Shown one piece after another: positions 8,382-15,503 of a stretch of DNA of 62,969 bases (the stretch's first letter is position 1; every line of letters begins with the position of its first letter). Under the pieces are notes generated by a model that worked only from the letters and a program-made list of their open reading frames with translations, was not told the DNA's origin and ran no database searches. This DNA comes from Oscillospiraceae bacterium (lineage in GTDB: Bacteria; Bacillota; Clostridia; Oscillospirales; JAGBHD01), in contig JAGBHD010000030.1 of assembly GCA_018110785.1 (NCBI GenBank), positions 1 to 62,969 of the forward strand, in the 5' to 3' direction. A program made the translations under genes and the position numbers.

Positions 8382-9830
8382 ATGCTTAACGAAACAAACT
8401 ATACCATGCTTCTCGATTATTACGAGCTTACGATGAGTAACGGTTATTTTCTTTCGGGAAAATCAGAAGAAATTGCATATTTCGATGTCTTTTTCCGCAA
8501 AATTCCCGACGGCGGCGGCTTTGCTATCGCGGCGGGTCTTGAGCAGATAATAAATTATATTAAGAACTTAAAGTTTACCAAAGAGGATATTGCTTTTCTT
8601 AAAGGAAAAGGAATATTCGATGATAAATTCTTAGAATATCTCGCAAATTTCAAGTTTACAGGTGATATTTGGGCAGTTCCCGAGGGAACTCCGATTTTTC
8701 CAGGGGAGCCTATTTTAACGGTTCGCGGAAAGTCCTGCGAAACTCAGCTTATTGAAACCTTTATTCTTTTAACTATAAACCATCAGTCCCTTATTGCAAC
8801 AAAGGCGAACAGAATAGTTCGCGCGGCAGAGGGAAGACCGATTATGGAATTCGGCGCAAGACGTGCTCAGGGTATCGACGGTGCTATAAACGGCGCTCGC
8901 GCCGCATTTATCGGCGGCTGCGCCTCAACAAGCTGTACTATTTCCGATCGTCGTTTCGGTGTTCCTGCTGCGGGAACGATGGCGCATTCATGGGTGCAGA
9001 TGTTCGATTCGGAATATGATGCCTTTGTAGCTTATTGCAAAACCTACCCCCATGGGGCTACGCTTCTCATTGATACCTATGATATTTTCGGATCGGGAAT
9101 AAAGAATGCTATTAAAGCTTTTAAAGAGGTTTTAGTGCCTCAGGGAATAAACGATTTCGGAGTTCGTATTGATTCGGGAGATATCGCTTATATAACCAAA
9201 AAGCTCCGCCGAATTTTAAATGAAGAGGGGCTTCCTCAATGTAAAATAGTAGTTTCCAATTCTTTAGACGAGCGAATTATAGCCGACCTTATAAAGCAGG
9301 GGGCAGAGATAGATTCCTTCGGCGTTGGCGAAAGGCTTATAACCTCAAAGAGCGAGCCTGTTTTCGGCGGCGTTTATAAGCTTGTTGCAACCGAAAGGGA
9401 AGGAACTGTTATTCCTAAGATAAAAATCAGCGAAAACCCCGAAAAGATAACCAATCCGGGCTTTAAAAAGCTTTACAGAATATTCGATAAGGAAACGGGT
9501 AAAGCTCAGGCAGATCTTATAACCCTCCGCGATGAAACGATAGATACATCGGCTCCTTTAGAGATATTCGATCCTCAAAACACTTGGAAGCGCAAGACTT
9601 TCGAGAGCTATGAGCTTCGCGAGATGTTGCAGCCGATTTTTGAGGGCGGCAAATTGGTGTATCAGATGCCTACGGCGAAAGAAAGCAAAGAATATTGCCT
9701 TTCGCAGGTCGAATCCCTTTGGGACGAGGTTAAGCGTTTTGAAAATCCGCACACCTATTATGTTGACCTGTCGGAAAAGCTTTGGGATTTAAAGCATGAG
9801 CTTCTTCGCTTTAACAGAAAATCAAAATAA
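8382..9830 (+). CDS. pncB: nicotinate phosphoribosyltransferase
   Basis: The N-terminus MLNETNYTMLLDYYELTMSNGYF and the rest of the protein are typical of PncB. RBS AAGGAGA upstream of the ATG at 8382; the TTG-extended track ORF was rejected. Confidence 0.9.
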   Translation: MLNETNYTMLLDYYELTMSNGYFLSGKSEEIAYFDVFFRKIPDGGGFAIAAGLEQIINYIKNLKFTKEDIAFLKGKGIFDDKFLEYLANFKFTGDIWAVPEGTPIFPGEPILTVRGKSCETQLIETFILLTINHQSLIATKANRIVRAAEGRPIMEFGARRAQGIDGAINGARAAFIGGCASTSCTISDRRFGVPAAGTMAHSWVQMFDSEYDAFVAYCKTYPHGATLLIDTYDIFGSGIKNAIKAFKEVLVPQGINDFGVRIDSGDIAYITKKLRRILNEEGLPQCKIVVSNSLDERIIADLIKQGAEIDSFGVGERLITSKSEPVFGGVYKLVATEREGTVIPKIKISENPEKITNPGFKKLYRIFDKETGKAQADLITLRDETIDTSAPLEIFDPQNTWKRKTFESYELREMLQPIFEGGKLVYQMPTAKESKEYCLSQVESLWDEVKRFENPHTYYVDLSEKLWDLKHELLRFNRKSK

Positions 9831-9832
9831 TA

Positions 9833-9860
9833 AAAAGCCCTCTTTCAAAAGAGGGCTTTT
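9833..9860. terminator. bidirectional terminator
   Basis: AAAAGCCCTCTT / AAGAGGGCTTTT, 12-bp stem with loop TCAA. Confidence 0.75.
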
Positions 9861-9874
9861 ATGTTTGTCCGATA

Positions 9875-10171
9875 TTATTTGAATAGCTCAAATATATCGT
9901 GGAAGAGGTTTTGCCTTTTGCGTTTTCCTATTTCGGGGCATTTGTTAATGAGGATAGTATCCTTTCCAAACATTTTAACATCGCACCAGTCGATTATTAT
10001 ATCATCTTCCGCTCTAAGAAGCCCGAAGCAGCGCCGCCGTCCGAAAACTATCAGGTTTTTAACGGTTGCGGTGTTGCTGTCGACCGTAAAGTCGCAAAGC
10101 CTCCCGATTTTCGCCCCCGTCGTAATATCAATTATATCCCGTTTTACAAGCTCTGTCATCCTAATCATCAT
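9875..10171 (-). CDS. YlmC/YmxH-family sporulation protein (PRC-barrel)
   Basis: About 98 aa. MTELVKRDIIDITTGAKIGRLCDFTVD is typical of YlmC/YmxH. GGTGAT RBS upstream of the ATG at 10171. Confidence 0.7.
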   Translation of the reverse strand: MMIRMTELVKRDIIDITTGAKIGRLCDFTVDSNTATVKNLIVFGRRRCFGLLRAEDDIIIDWCDVKMFGKDTILINKCPEIGKRKRQNLFHDIFELFK

Positions 10172-10225
10172 TTTTATCACCAGTTAATTATATGATGAAT
10201 AACGCTCCTTAATGCCTCTTTTATC

Positions 10226-10254
10226 TTGACTTTAAACCCTTTGAATGATATAAT
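10226..10254 (+). promoter_or_regulatory. near-consensus sigma-A promoter driving the tRNA-Leu locus
   Basis: TTGACT (10226-10231), a 17-nt spacer, then TATAAT (10249-10254) preceded by TGA (extended -10). Confidence 0.7.
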
Positions 10255-10276
10255 GTTTTTCGTTGACAATTTAACT

Positions 10277-10311
10277 TTCCATTTTCAATTTTGCATTTTC
10301 CATTTTCCATT
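10277..10311. repeat. five tandem heptamers TTNCATT (TTCCATT TTCAATT TTGCATT TTCCATT TTCCATT)
   Basis: Direct reading, between the promoter and the tRNA-like fragment. Confidence 0.85.
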
Positions 10312-10319
10312 TAATATAT

Positions 10320-10342
10320 GCACCTGTGGCGGAATTGGCAGC
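10320..10342 (+). pseudogene. truncated 5' fragment of a tRNA-Leu gene (acceptor 5' strand plus D arm only)
   Basis: GCACCTGTGGCGGAATTGGCAG aligns with the first 22 nt of the genuine tRNA-Leu 210 nt downstream. The 13 nt upstream (ATTTAATATATGC) are also duplicated. No matching 3' half (CAGGTGC) occurs downstream. Confidence 0.65.
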
Positions 10343-10502
10343 ATTTTCACCGAGCGCCGCCCCACGGCGGAAGAAGCGAGGTAAAAATGGCGCCGCGGTC
10401 GAAAGTTGTCGCGAATTATGAGCGGAAAACAACTTTCGGGTACCGCAAGAGTATGCGTGTAACGCGTCAGCCGAAGATTTATACAAATTTCGGTAGGAAA
10501 AT
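10343..10502 (+). ncRNA. candidate structured RNA of unknown class, co-transcribed upstream of tRNA-Leu
   Basis: GC-enriched relative to its flanks. It contains several perfect local helices. These are 10357-61/10366-70; an extended hairpin 10395-10408/10430-10446 containing 10410-12/10422-24; 10453-57/10463-67; and 10471-80/10485-93. There is a possible closing helix ATTTTC/GAAAAT (10343-48/10497-502). No credible ORF. Confidence 0.45.
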
Positions 10503-10529
10503 ATAGATTTAAGTAACAATTTAATATAT

Positions 10530-10616
10530 GCGGGTATGGCGGAATTGGCAGACGCGTTAGATTCAGGTTCTAATGGTCGCAAGGCTGTGCAGGTTCGACC
10601 CCTGTTACCCGCACCA
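10530..10616 (+). tRNA. tRNA-Leu (anticodon CAG), class II with long variable arm
   Basis: Acceptor GCGGGTA/TACCCGC, anticodon stem TTAGA/TCTAA with loop TTCAGGT, long variable arm, T arm GCAGG-TTCGACC-CCTGT, encoded CCA. Confidence 0.9.
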
Positions 10617-10623
10617 AATAGGA

Positions 10624-10651
10624 AAAATCCGAGCTTTTGGGCTCGGATTTT
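10624..10651. terminator. bidirectional terminator (tRNA-Leu / pdaA)
   Basis: AAAATCCGAGC / GCTCGGATTTT stem flanked by A and T runs. Confidence 0.75.
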
Positions 10652-10655
10652 CTGT

Positions 10656-11408
10656 TTACTGTAAACTTGCGAGGGAGGAGAAGGAATAGCCTTCGGATAT
10701 TAGCATATCGAGAGCTTCTCCTAAGATTTCGGAATTGGTTTTTGAGGTGGAGTGGAGGAGGATAACAGCGCCGGGGTGGATACGCTCCTTTAGATTAGAG
10801 AGGGCATAATCCTTAGAGGGCTGCTTATCATTTTGCCAATCGTTATAGGCATAGGTCCAGAAAACTGTTTTATAGCCGAGCTCGTCGGCAAAAGAAAGGC
10901 TGTTTTCTGAAAATTTGCCCATGGGCGGGCGGAAAAATTTCGGAGGCTCGCTTCCTACTACTGTTTTATAGATTTCCTCCCAGCCTGTTAATTGCTCTGT
11001 GAACTCTTCTTTTGAAAGGGTAGAGGTATCGGGGTGGGATTTAGAATGGTTACAGAGGAGATGCCCTTCGGCGACTATTCTTTTTGCTAATTCCTCGTTT
11101 CTTTTAAGAAAGTTTCCGTCGACAAAAAATGCGGCGGTTACTTGCTTTTCTTTAAGGGTATCAAGAATAGCTTCGTGGTAACCGTTATCATAGCCTGCAT
11201 CGAAGGTAAGATAGAGGGTTTTCTCTTCGCCGCTTCCGTAATAAATTACCGAATGGTCATTTAATATTTCTTTCGCTTCGGGGATAACCTCGGGCTTGGT
11301 ATTGGTTTTATTGGGTTTAAAATACCAATCGTAGCTCCCTTTAGCAAAAGAGGTAAAAAGGGAAGAGAAGATGAAAAGGGTTAAAGAGAGGGATAGTACT
11401 TTTTTCAT
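10656..11408 (-). CDS. pdaA: delta-lactam-biosynthetic de-N-acetylase (polysaccharide deacetylase, PdaA-like)
   Basis: Signal peptide, then LYLTFDAGYDNGY ... LCNHSKSHPD ... FRPPMG ... LLHS, closely paralleling B. subtilis PdaA motifs. Confidence 0.75.
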   Translation of the reverse strand: MKKVLSLSLTLFIFSSLFTSFAKGSYDWYFKPNKTNTKPEVIPEAKEILNDHSVIYYGSGEEKTLYLTFDAGYDNGYHEAILDTLKEKQVTAAFFVDGNFLKRNEELAKRIVAEGHLLCNHSKSHPDTSTLSKEEFTEQLTGWEEIYKTVVGSEPPKFFRPPMGKFSENSLSFADELGYKTVFWTYAYNDWQNDKQPSKDYALSNLKERIHPGAVILLHSTSKTNSEILGEALDMLISEGYSFSSLASLQ

Positions 11409-11423
11409 TTATTACCTCCAAAA

Positions 11424-11461
11424 TAAAAAAACTACTAACGGGGAATATCCCCATTAGTAGT
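11424..11461 (-). terminator. intrinsic terminator of proS
   Basis: 13-bp stem ACTACTAACGGGG / CCCCATTAGTAGT with one mismatch, followed on the minus strand by T6. Confidence 0.7.
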
Positions 11462-11495
11462 TTTCGCATTTTAAAGCTATAAAAACTTAGAAAGA

Positions 11496-12935
11496 TTAGT
11501 AAGCCTTGCCCCAATAAACCAAATTTTTGGCTTTTTTTCCGCAACATACGCAGACACCGTCTTCCATTTCTTCACCGAAGGGAATGCAACGGGAGGTAAT
11601 TCCTGCTTTCTCTTTCAGCTCTTCCTCGCAAGCAAGCTCGCCGCACCAAAGAGCTTTGATAAAGCCGTTTTTCTCGTTTGCAGTTTTAACGATTTCTTCT
11701 AAATTATTACAAGAATATGTTTTTTCCTTGCGGTTTTCTAAGGCTTTATTATATAAGATATCGTGAATTTCATTTAAAGCGTTTTCAACTTCAGCTTCGA
11801 GGTTATCGAGCGAAACGATTTTCTTGGAGCCATCTGCTCTTAAAGCGAGGACACACTGATTATTTTCGATATCTCTCGGGCCTATTTCGAGCCTTAAAGG
11901 AACGCCCTTCATTTCATACTCGGCATATTTCCAACCTGGGGAATTATTACTTGCATCGAGCTTAACTCTGAAATCTTTTGAAAGACGAGCCTTTAACTCT
12001 TCTGCTTTTTCGATAACGCCCTCTTTATGTGTTGCAACGGGAACGATTATAACCTGAGTAGGAGCTATTCTCGGAGGGAGAACAAGACCGTTATCGTCGC
12101 CATGAGTCATAATAATAGCGCCGATAACTCTTGTTGACATACCCCAAGAGGTCTGATGGGGGAAATGGGGCTTATTATCTCGGCCTGTAAAGGTTATGTC
12201 GAAGGCTTTTGCGAAACCATCGCCGAAATAATGGCTCGTTCCGCTCTGGAGAGCCTTGCCATCGTGCATCATAGCTTCGATAGTATAGGTTGCTTCTGCG
12301 CCTGCAAACTTCTCCTTATCGGTCTTTCTACCTCTTACAACGGGGATAGCAAGACAATTTTCAAAAAAGTCGGCATAAACCTCGAGCATTGTTTCGGTTT
12401 CTTTTAAAGCCTCTTCGGCTGTTTCATGCATTGTATGGCCTTCCTGCCATAAAAATTCTAATGAACGAAGGAAAGGTCTGGTTGTTTTCTCCCAACGGAC
12501 AACCGAGCACCACTGATTATAGAGCTTCGGCAAATCGCGATAGGATTCGATTACATTTTTATAATGGTCGCAAAACAGGGTTTCGCTTGTAGGACGAACG
12601 CAAAGGCGCTCCTGAAGCTTTTCGTTTCCGCCCATTGTTACCCAAGCAACCTCGGGAGCAAAGCCCTCAACATGGTCCTTTTCCTTTTGGAGAAGGCTTT
12701 CGGGGATAAACATAGGCATCATAACATTTTCATGTCCGAGTTCTTTAAAACGCCTGTCAAGCTCTTTCTGAATATTTTCCCAAATTGCATAACCGTAAGG
12801 ACGAATGACCATACAACCGCGGACTATCGAATAGTCAACAAGCTCAGCTTTCTTAACTACATCGGTATACCACCTTGCAAAGTCCTCATTCATAGAGGTT
12901 ATGTCTTTTACCTTTTTAGAGGAATCGTTAAGCAT
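11496..12935 (-). CDS. proS: proline--tRNA ligase, archaeal/eukaryote-like short type
   Basis: 479 aa with class II motifs. It lacks the bacterial insertion (editing) domain. Its C-terminal zinc-binding tail ends YWGKAY, which is characteristic of this ProRS type. Confidence 0.9.
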   Translation of the reverse strand: MLNDSSKKVKDITSMNEDFARWYTDVVKKAELVDYSIVRGCMVIRPYGYAIWENIQKELDRRFKELGHENVMMPMFIPESLLQKEKDHVEGFAPEVAWVTMGGNEKLQERLCVRPTSETLFCDHYKNVIESYRDLPKLYNQWCSVVRWEKTTRPFLRSLEFLWQEGHTMHETAEEALKETETMLEVYADFFENCLAIPVVRGRKTDKEKFAGAEATYTIEAMMHDGKALQSGTSHYFGDGFAKAFDITFTGRDNKPHFPHQTSWGMSTRVIGAIIMTHGDDNGLVLPPRIAPTQVIIVPVATHKEGVIEKAEELKARLSKDFRVKLDASNNSPGWKYAEYEMKGVPLRLEIGPRDIENNQCVLALRADGSKKIVSLDNLEAEVENALNEIHDILYNKALENRKEKTYSCNNLEEIVKTANEKNGFIKALWCGELACEEELKEKAGITSRCIPFGEEMEDGVCVCCGKKAKNLVYWGKAY

Positions 12936-13004
12936 AATAAACTTCCTTTTGATATAATATTTCTAAACTATTATATCTAAAAAGGGAAATCTTTGCAATA
13001 GTTT

Positions 13005-13385
13005 TTAGAGGATATTTTTAAGTTTTGGCTGTTCATGGTCATAGAGCTTTTCTGATAATGTTTCGGCTTTTGAAATTTCGGCTGAAAATTCGCCGAGATC
13101 GCCCGAAGCGATAAGCGGGGAAAGGCGGGAAAGGGTTTCTTCAAGCTCCTCCAGACGCTCATGCTCTAAAAAAACAACTAAAATATCGTTTATTTCCGAA
13201 TAATAATTGTAAAGCTCATCAGAACGAGCGGCTGCGGCAGGTAGATTTTCTTTTTCTATCAATGACGATATTTCATAAAGCTCGGAGGTAATTTTATTTT
13301 TTACCGAGTTTAAATAAAAAAGAGATAAAACGGATAAAGCGGCGGATACTAATAGGATAGAGATTGCTGTTATAAGTCGTTTCAT
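13005..13385 (-). CDS. DUF4363-like small membrane-anchored protein
   Basis: 126 aa with an N-terminal TM helix and a helical remainder. ATGA overlap with the upstream DUF421 gene; the DUF421/DUF4363 pairing is common in Firmicutes. Confidence 0.55.
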   Translation of the reverse strand: MKRLITAISILLVSAALSVLSLFYLNSVKNKITSELYEISSLIEKENLPAAAARSDELYNYYSEINDILVVFLEHERLEELEETLSRLSPLIASGDLGEFSAEISKAETLSEKLYDHEQPKLKNIL

Positions 13386-14062
13386 TTTTTCTTTTCCGCC
13401 TTAACATAAGAGAATTTGTTTTCCTTGCTATAGGTCATAAGAAAAATATCGGAAAGGGATAGGTTTTTGTGTTTTAAAAATTTCAAAACTTCCTTTTCAT
13501 TTGTTCCTGCGGCAGTTAAGTTTTTGTTGAGCAGTTCACCGCCCGATATTATAAGAATAGGGGGCGGGTTTTCGGGAGCAGATATATTTAAATCCGAAAG
13601 AGTAGGCGTTCTTGAAGCGGCTTTGTTATAAACACTTAATGTTCCGTTTGTTTCAACAATAGCGAAAAGCACCTCTTCCAGATGAAATACATTATTGGCT
13701 CTCAGCTCCTCCATAAGGTCCTCTACAGAAAAGCGCAGAAGAGATAACTGCTTCTGGTCGATAACGCCGTTTCGGATAACGATTTTAGGCGAGCCCGACA
13801 TAAGTGTACGAAAGCGCTTAGAATGGAGCGATATTTCGGAAGAGATTATTTCAAGACACATAAATATAAGTATCGGCATAATACCGGAAATTAAAGGCAC
13901 GCTTACATCTTCTATAGTCATAGTTGCGATATTGGAGATAAGGATAGTTACGACAAGCTCAGAGGGCTGAAGCTCGCCGATTTGCCGCTTTCCCATCATA
14001 CGAACGGTAAAAACTATAAGGATATATATGATAATTGTTCTGAGAAAAATAATCGACATCAA
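13382..14062 (-). CDS. DUF421 (YetF-like) membrane protein
   Basis: MGKRQIGELQPSELVVTILISN and the overall layout are typical of DUF421/YetF family proteins. Confidence 0.8.
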   Translation of the reverse strand: MMSIIFLRTIIIYILIVFTVRMMGKRQIGELQPSELVVTILISNIATMTIEDVSVPLISGIMPILIFMCLEIISSEISLHSKRFRTLMSGSPKIVIRNGVIDQKQLSLLRFSVEDLMEELRANNVFHLEEVLFAIVETNGTLSVYNKAASRTPTLSDLNISAPENPPPILIISGGELLNKNLTAAGTNEKEVLKFLKHKNLSLSDIFLMTYSKENKFSYVKAEKKK

Positions 14063-14102
14063 AACACCTCAATATATTTTCCCTTTTTTAAAAATAAATA
14101 TG

Positions 14103-14131
14103 CAAAAAAATAAAGCACCCGAAGGTGCTTT
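14103..14131 (-). terminator. intrinsic terminator of rplU-rpmA
   Basis: AAAGCACC-TTCG-GGTGCTTT on the minus strand, followed by ATTTTTTT. Confidence 0.75.
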
Positions 14132-14143
14132 AAAATTTTTAAT

Positions 14144-14404
14144 TTATTGCTCAACGCTGTAAACGCTAACTTTCTTGCGGTCTTTACCCATTCTTTCGAA
14201 TTTTACCTTACCGTCAATCTTAGCGAATAAAGAATCGTCGCTACCGCGGCCTACATTGTTGCCGGGGTGAATGTGAGTTCCGCGCTGTTTAACCAAAATG
14301 TTACCTGCGAGAACAAACTGTCCGTCTGCTCTTTTAACACCAAGGCGTTTCGATTCGGAATCACGGCCGTTCTTGGTTGAACCCATACCTTTTTTATGTG
14401 CCAT
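14144..14404 (-). CDS. rpmA: 50S ribosomal protein L27
   Basis: [31 protein letters not shown] is a near-universal L27 sequence. Confidence 0.97.
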   Translation of the reverse strand: MAHKKGMGSTKNGRDSESKRLGVKRADGQFVLAGNILVKQRGTHIHPGNNVGRGSDDSLFAKIDGKVKFERMGKDRKKVSVYSVEQ

Positions 14405-14438
14405 ACTGAATTCACTCCTTTAAAATTTAATCAAAGAA

Positions 14439-14753
14439 TTAAACGTTAATGCTTTCGATCCGAACCTGAGAATAAGGCTGTCTATGACCGAGTTTGCGCT
14501 TAGAATCTTTTTTAGGTCTGTAGGTTAAAACGGTTATTTTCTTTCCTTTACCTGTTTTAACTAAAGTTCCTGTTACGGTTACGTTCTTAACATAGGGAGT
14601 TCCTACGCTCATAGAACCTGCTCTTTTGGAAACGCTAACGATTTTGTCGAAAACAACTTCAGAGTTAGCTTCGCCTTCGAGCTTCTCGACGAAGATTACA
14701 TCGCCGACAGATACTTTGTACTGCTTTCCGCCAGTTTCGATTACTGCAAACAT
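14439..14753 (-). CDS. rplU: 50S ribosomal protein L21
   Basis: MFAVIETGGKQYKVSVGDVIFVEKL ... is a typical L21. Confidence 0.97.
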   Translation of the reverse strand: MFAVIETGGKQYKVSVGDVIFVEKLEGEANSEVVFDKIVSVSKRAGSMSVGTPYVKNVTVTGTLVKTGKGKKITVLTYRPKKDSKRKLGHRQPYSQVRIESINV

Positions 14754-14842
14754 TTTTGAAACCTTCCTTTATTAGACTCGCTGAAAAGTAGGCGTGTTTT
14801 CTTTAAAACAACTTTAAAAAGCCCACAACATGCGGCTATAGC
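14754..14842 (-). promoter_or_regulatory. 5' leader of rplU (possible L21-leader-type attenuator hairpin)
   Basis: 89-nt leader containing the hairpin AGCC..GGCT followed by TTTTT. It occupies the position of the ribosomal L21 leader known in Firmicutes. Confidence 0.3.
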
Positions 14843-14871
14843 ATAATACCACATACGGGGCTTTTTGTCAA
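14843..14871 (-). promoter_or_regulatory. sigma-A promoter of rplU-rpmA
   Basis: On the minus strand: TTGACA, 17 nt, TATTAT, with TG two nt upstream of the -10. Confidence 0.65.
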
Positions 14872-14897
14872 GCATTTTTTTGAAGATAAAAAGGGGT

Positions 14898-15179
14898 TTA
14901 CTTTAAAGCTCTTTCAAGCCATACTGCCGCGATATCCATAGCATCGTAAAGGCTCTGCTTTTCGCTTGTTTTTTGAATTCTTTCCTGCAAGGGAATAGAC
15001 TCATCTGTAAGCCAGAGCTGGATAATAACGCGGGTTGCAACATCGACATCGCCCTTTTTCTCCGATGCCATAATCTGCATAACGATAACATACTGATCAG
15101 ACATCTTACCATAATAGATTGTATTGCCGCTGCGAACGAGGGGGCGGCCTTTATATGTGAAAAAAGATGTTTCGCTCAT
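14898..15179 (-). CDS. small hypothetical protein (93 aa)
   Basis: Non-repetitive ORF with RBS AAGGAGCAAAACAAATG. No family recognised. Confidence 0.5.
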   Translation of the reverse strand: MSETSFFTYKGRPLVRSGNTIYYGKMSDQYVIVMQIMASEKKGDVDVATRVIIQLWLTDESIPLQERIQKTSEKQSLYDAMDIAAVWLERALK

Positions 15180-15332
15180 TTGTTTTGCTCCTTAAAAAAT
15201 ATTTATATTATTCTACCACGAAAAATAAAAAAAGTAAAGTTATTTTTTTGCATCAGATGTGCAGAGATAAATACAAAAATCGGCGTATTTAATAATTTTT
15301 TTCAAAGATGCGACAAAATGGGAAAAATCTAT

Positions 15333-15361
15333 TGACTTTTTTAAAGAAAAACTTTATATTT
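15333..15361 (+). promoter_or_regulatory. sigma-A promoter of potABCD
   Basis: TTGACT, 17 nt, TATATT. Confidence 0.55.
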
Positions 15362-15387
15362 TATATTACTGTTTTAACTTTTAAAAT

Positions 15388-15503
15388 GGGCTCGAATGTT
15401 GCCGCTGTATCAATTGAATTTGACGCCTTTTGCGGGCGGCGGTTGAAAACGAGCTTGTTGGACCGAAACAGGTCTTAAATTCCGCAAAGGGGGTACATAA
15501 ACA
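15388..15503 (+). promoter_or_regulatory. structured 5' leader of potA with anti-Shine-Dalgarno helix
   Basis: P1 is 15388-94/15450-56. There is an inner helix GCCGC/GCGGC (15401-05/15436-40) and a hairpin GACC-GAAACA-GGTC (15461-74). CCTTTTGCGG (15426-35) can pair over 10 bp with CCGCAAAGGG (15482-91), which covers the SD. Confidence 0.45.

Noticed and set aside
10436-10452. T-box-like string GGGTACCGCAAGAG inside the element upstream of tRNA-Leu
   Set aside because: It resembles part of the T-box consensus (GGGTGGTACCGCG) but lacks the TGGN bulge that pairs with the tRNA NCCA end. I found no specifier-loop or Stem I features. The downstream gene is a tRNA, not an aminoacyl-tRNA synthetase or transporter.
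10271-10582. 103-aa minus-strand ORF spanning the tRNA-Leu locus
   Set aside because: It runs antisense through a bona fide tRNA gene and the duplicated tRNA fragment. It has no RBS, and its sequence is dictated by the heptamer repeat and RNA helices. It is almost certainly not coding.
10320-10616. Intron-containing or split tRNA-Leu (group I intron idea)
   Set aside because: The interruption would fall after the D arm, not in the anticodon loop. No 3' exon complementary to GCACCTG exists, and the downstream tRNA-Leu is complete on its own.
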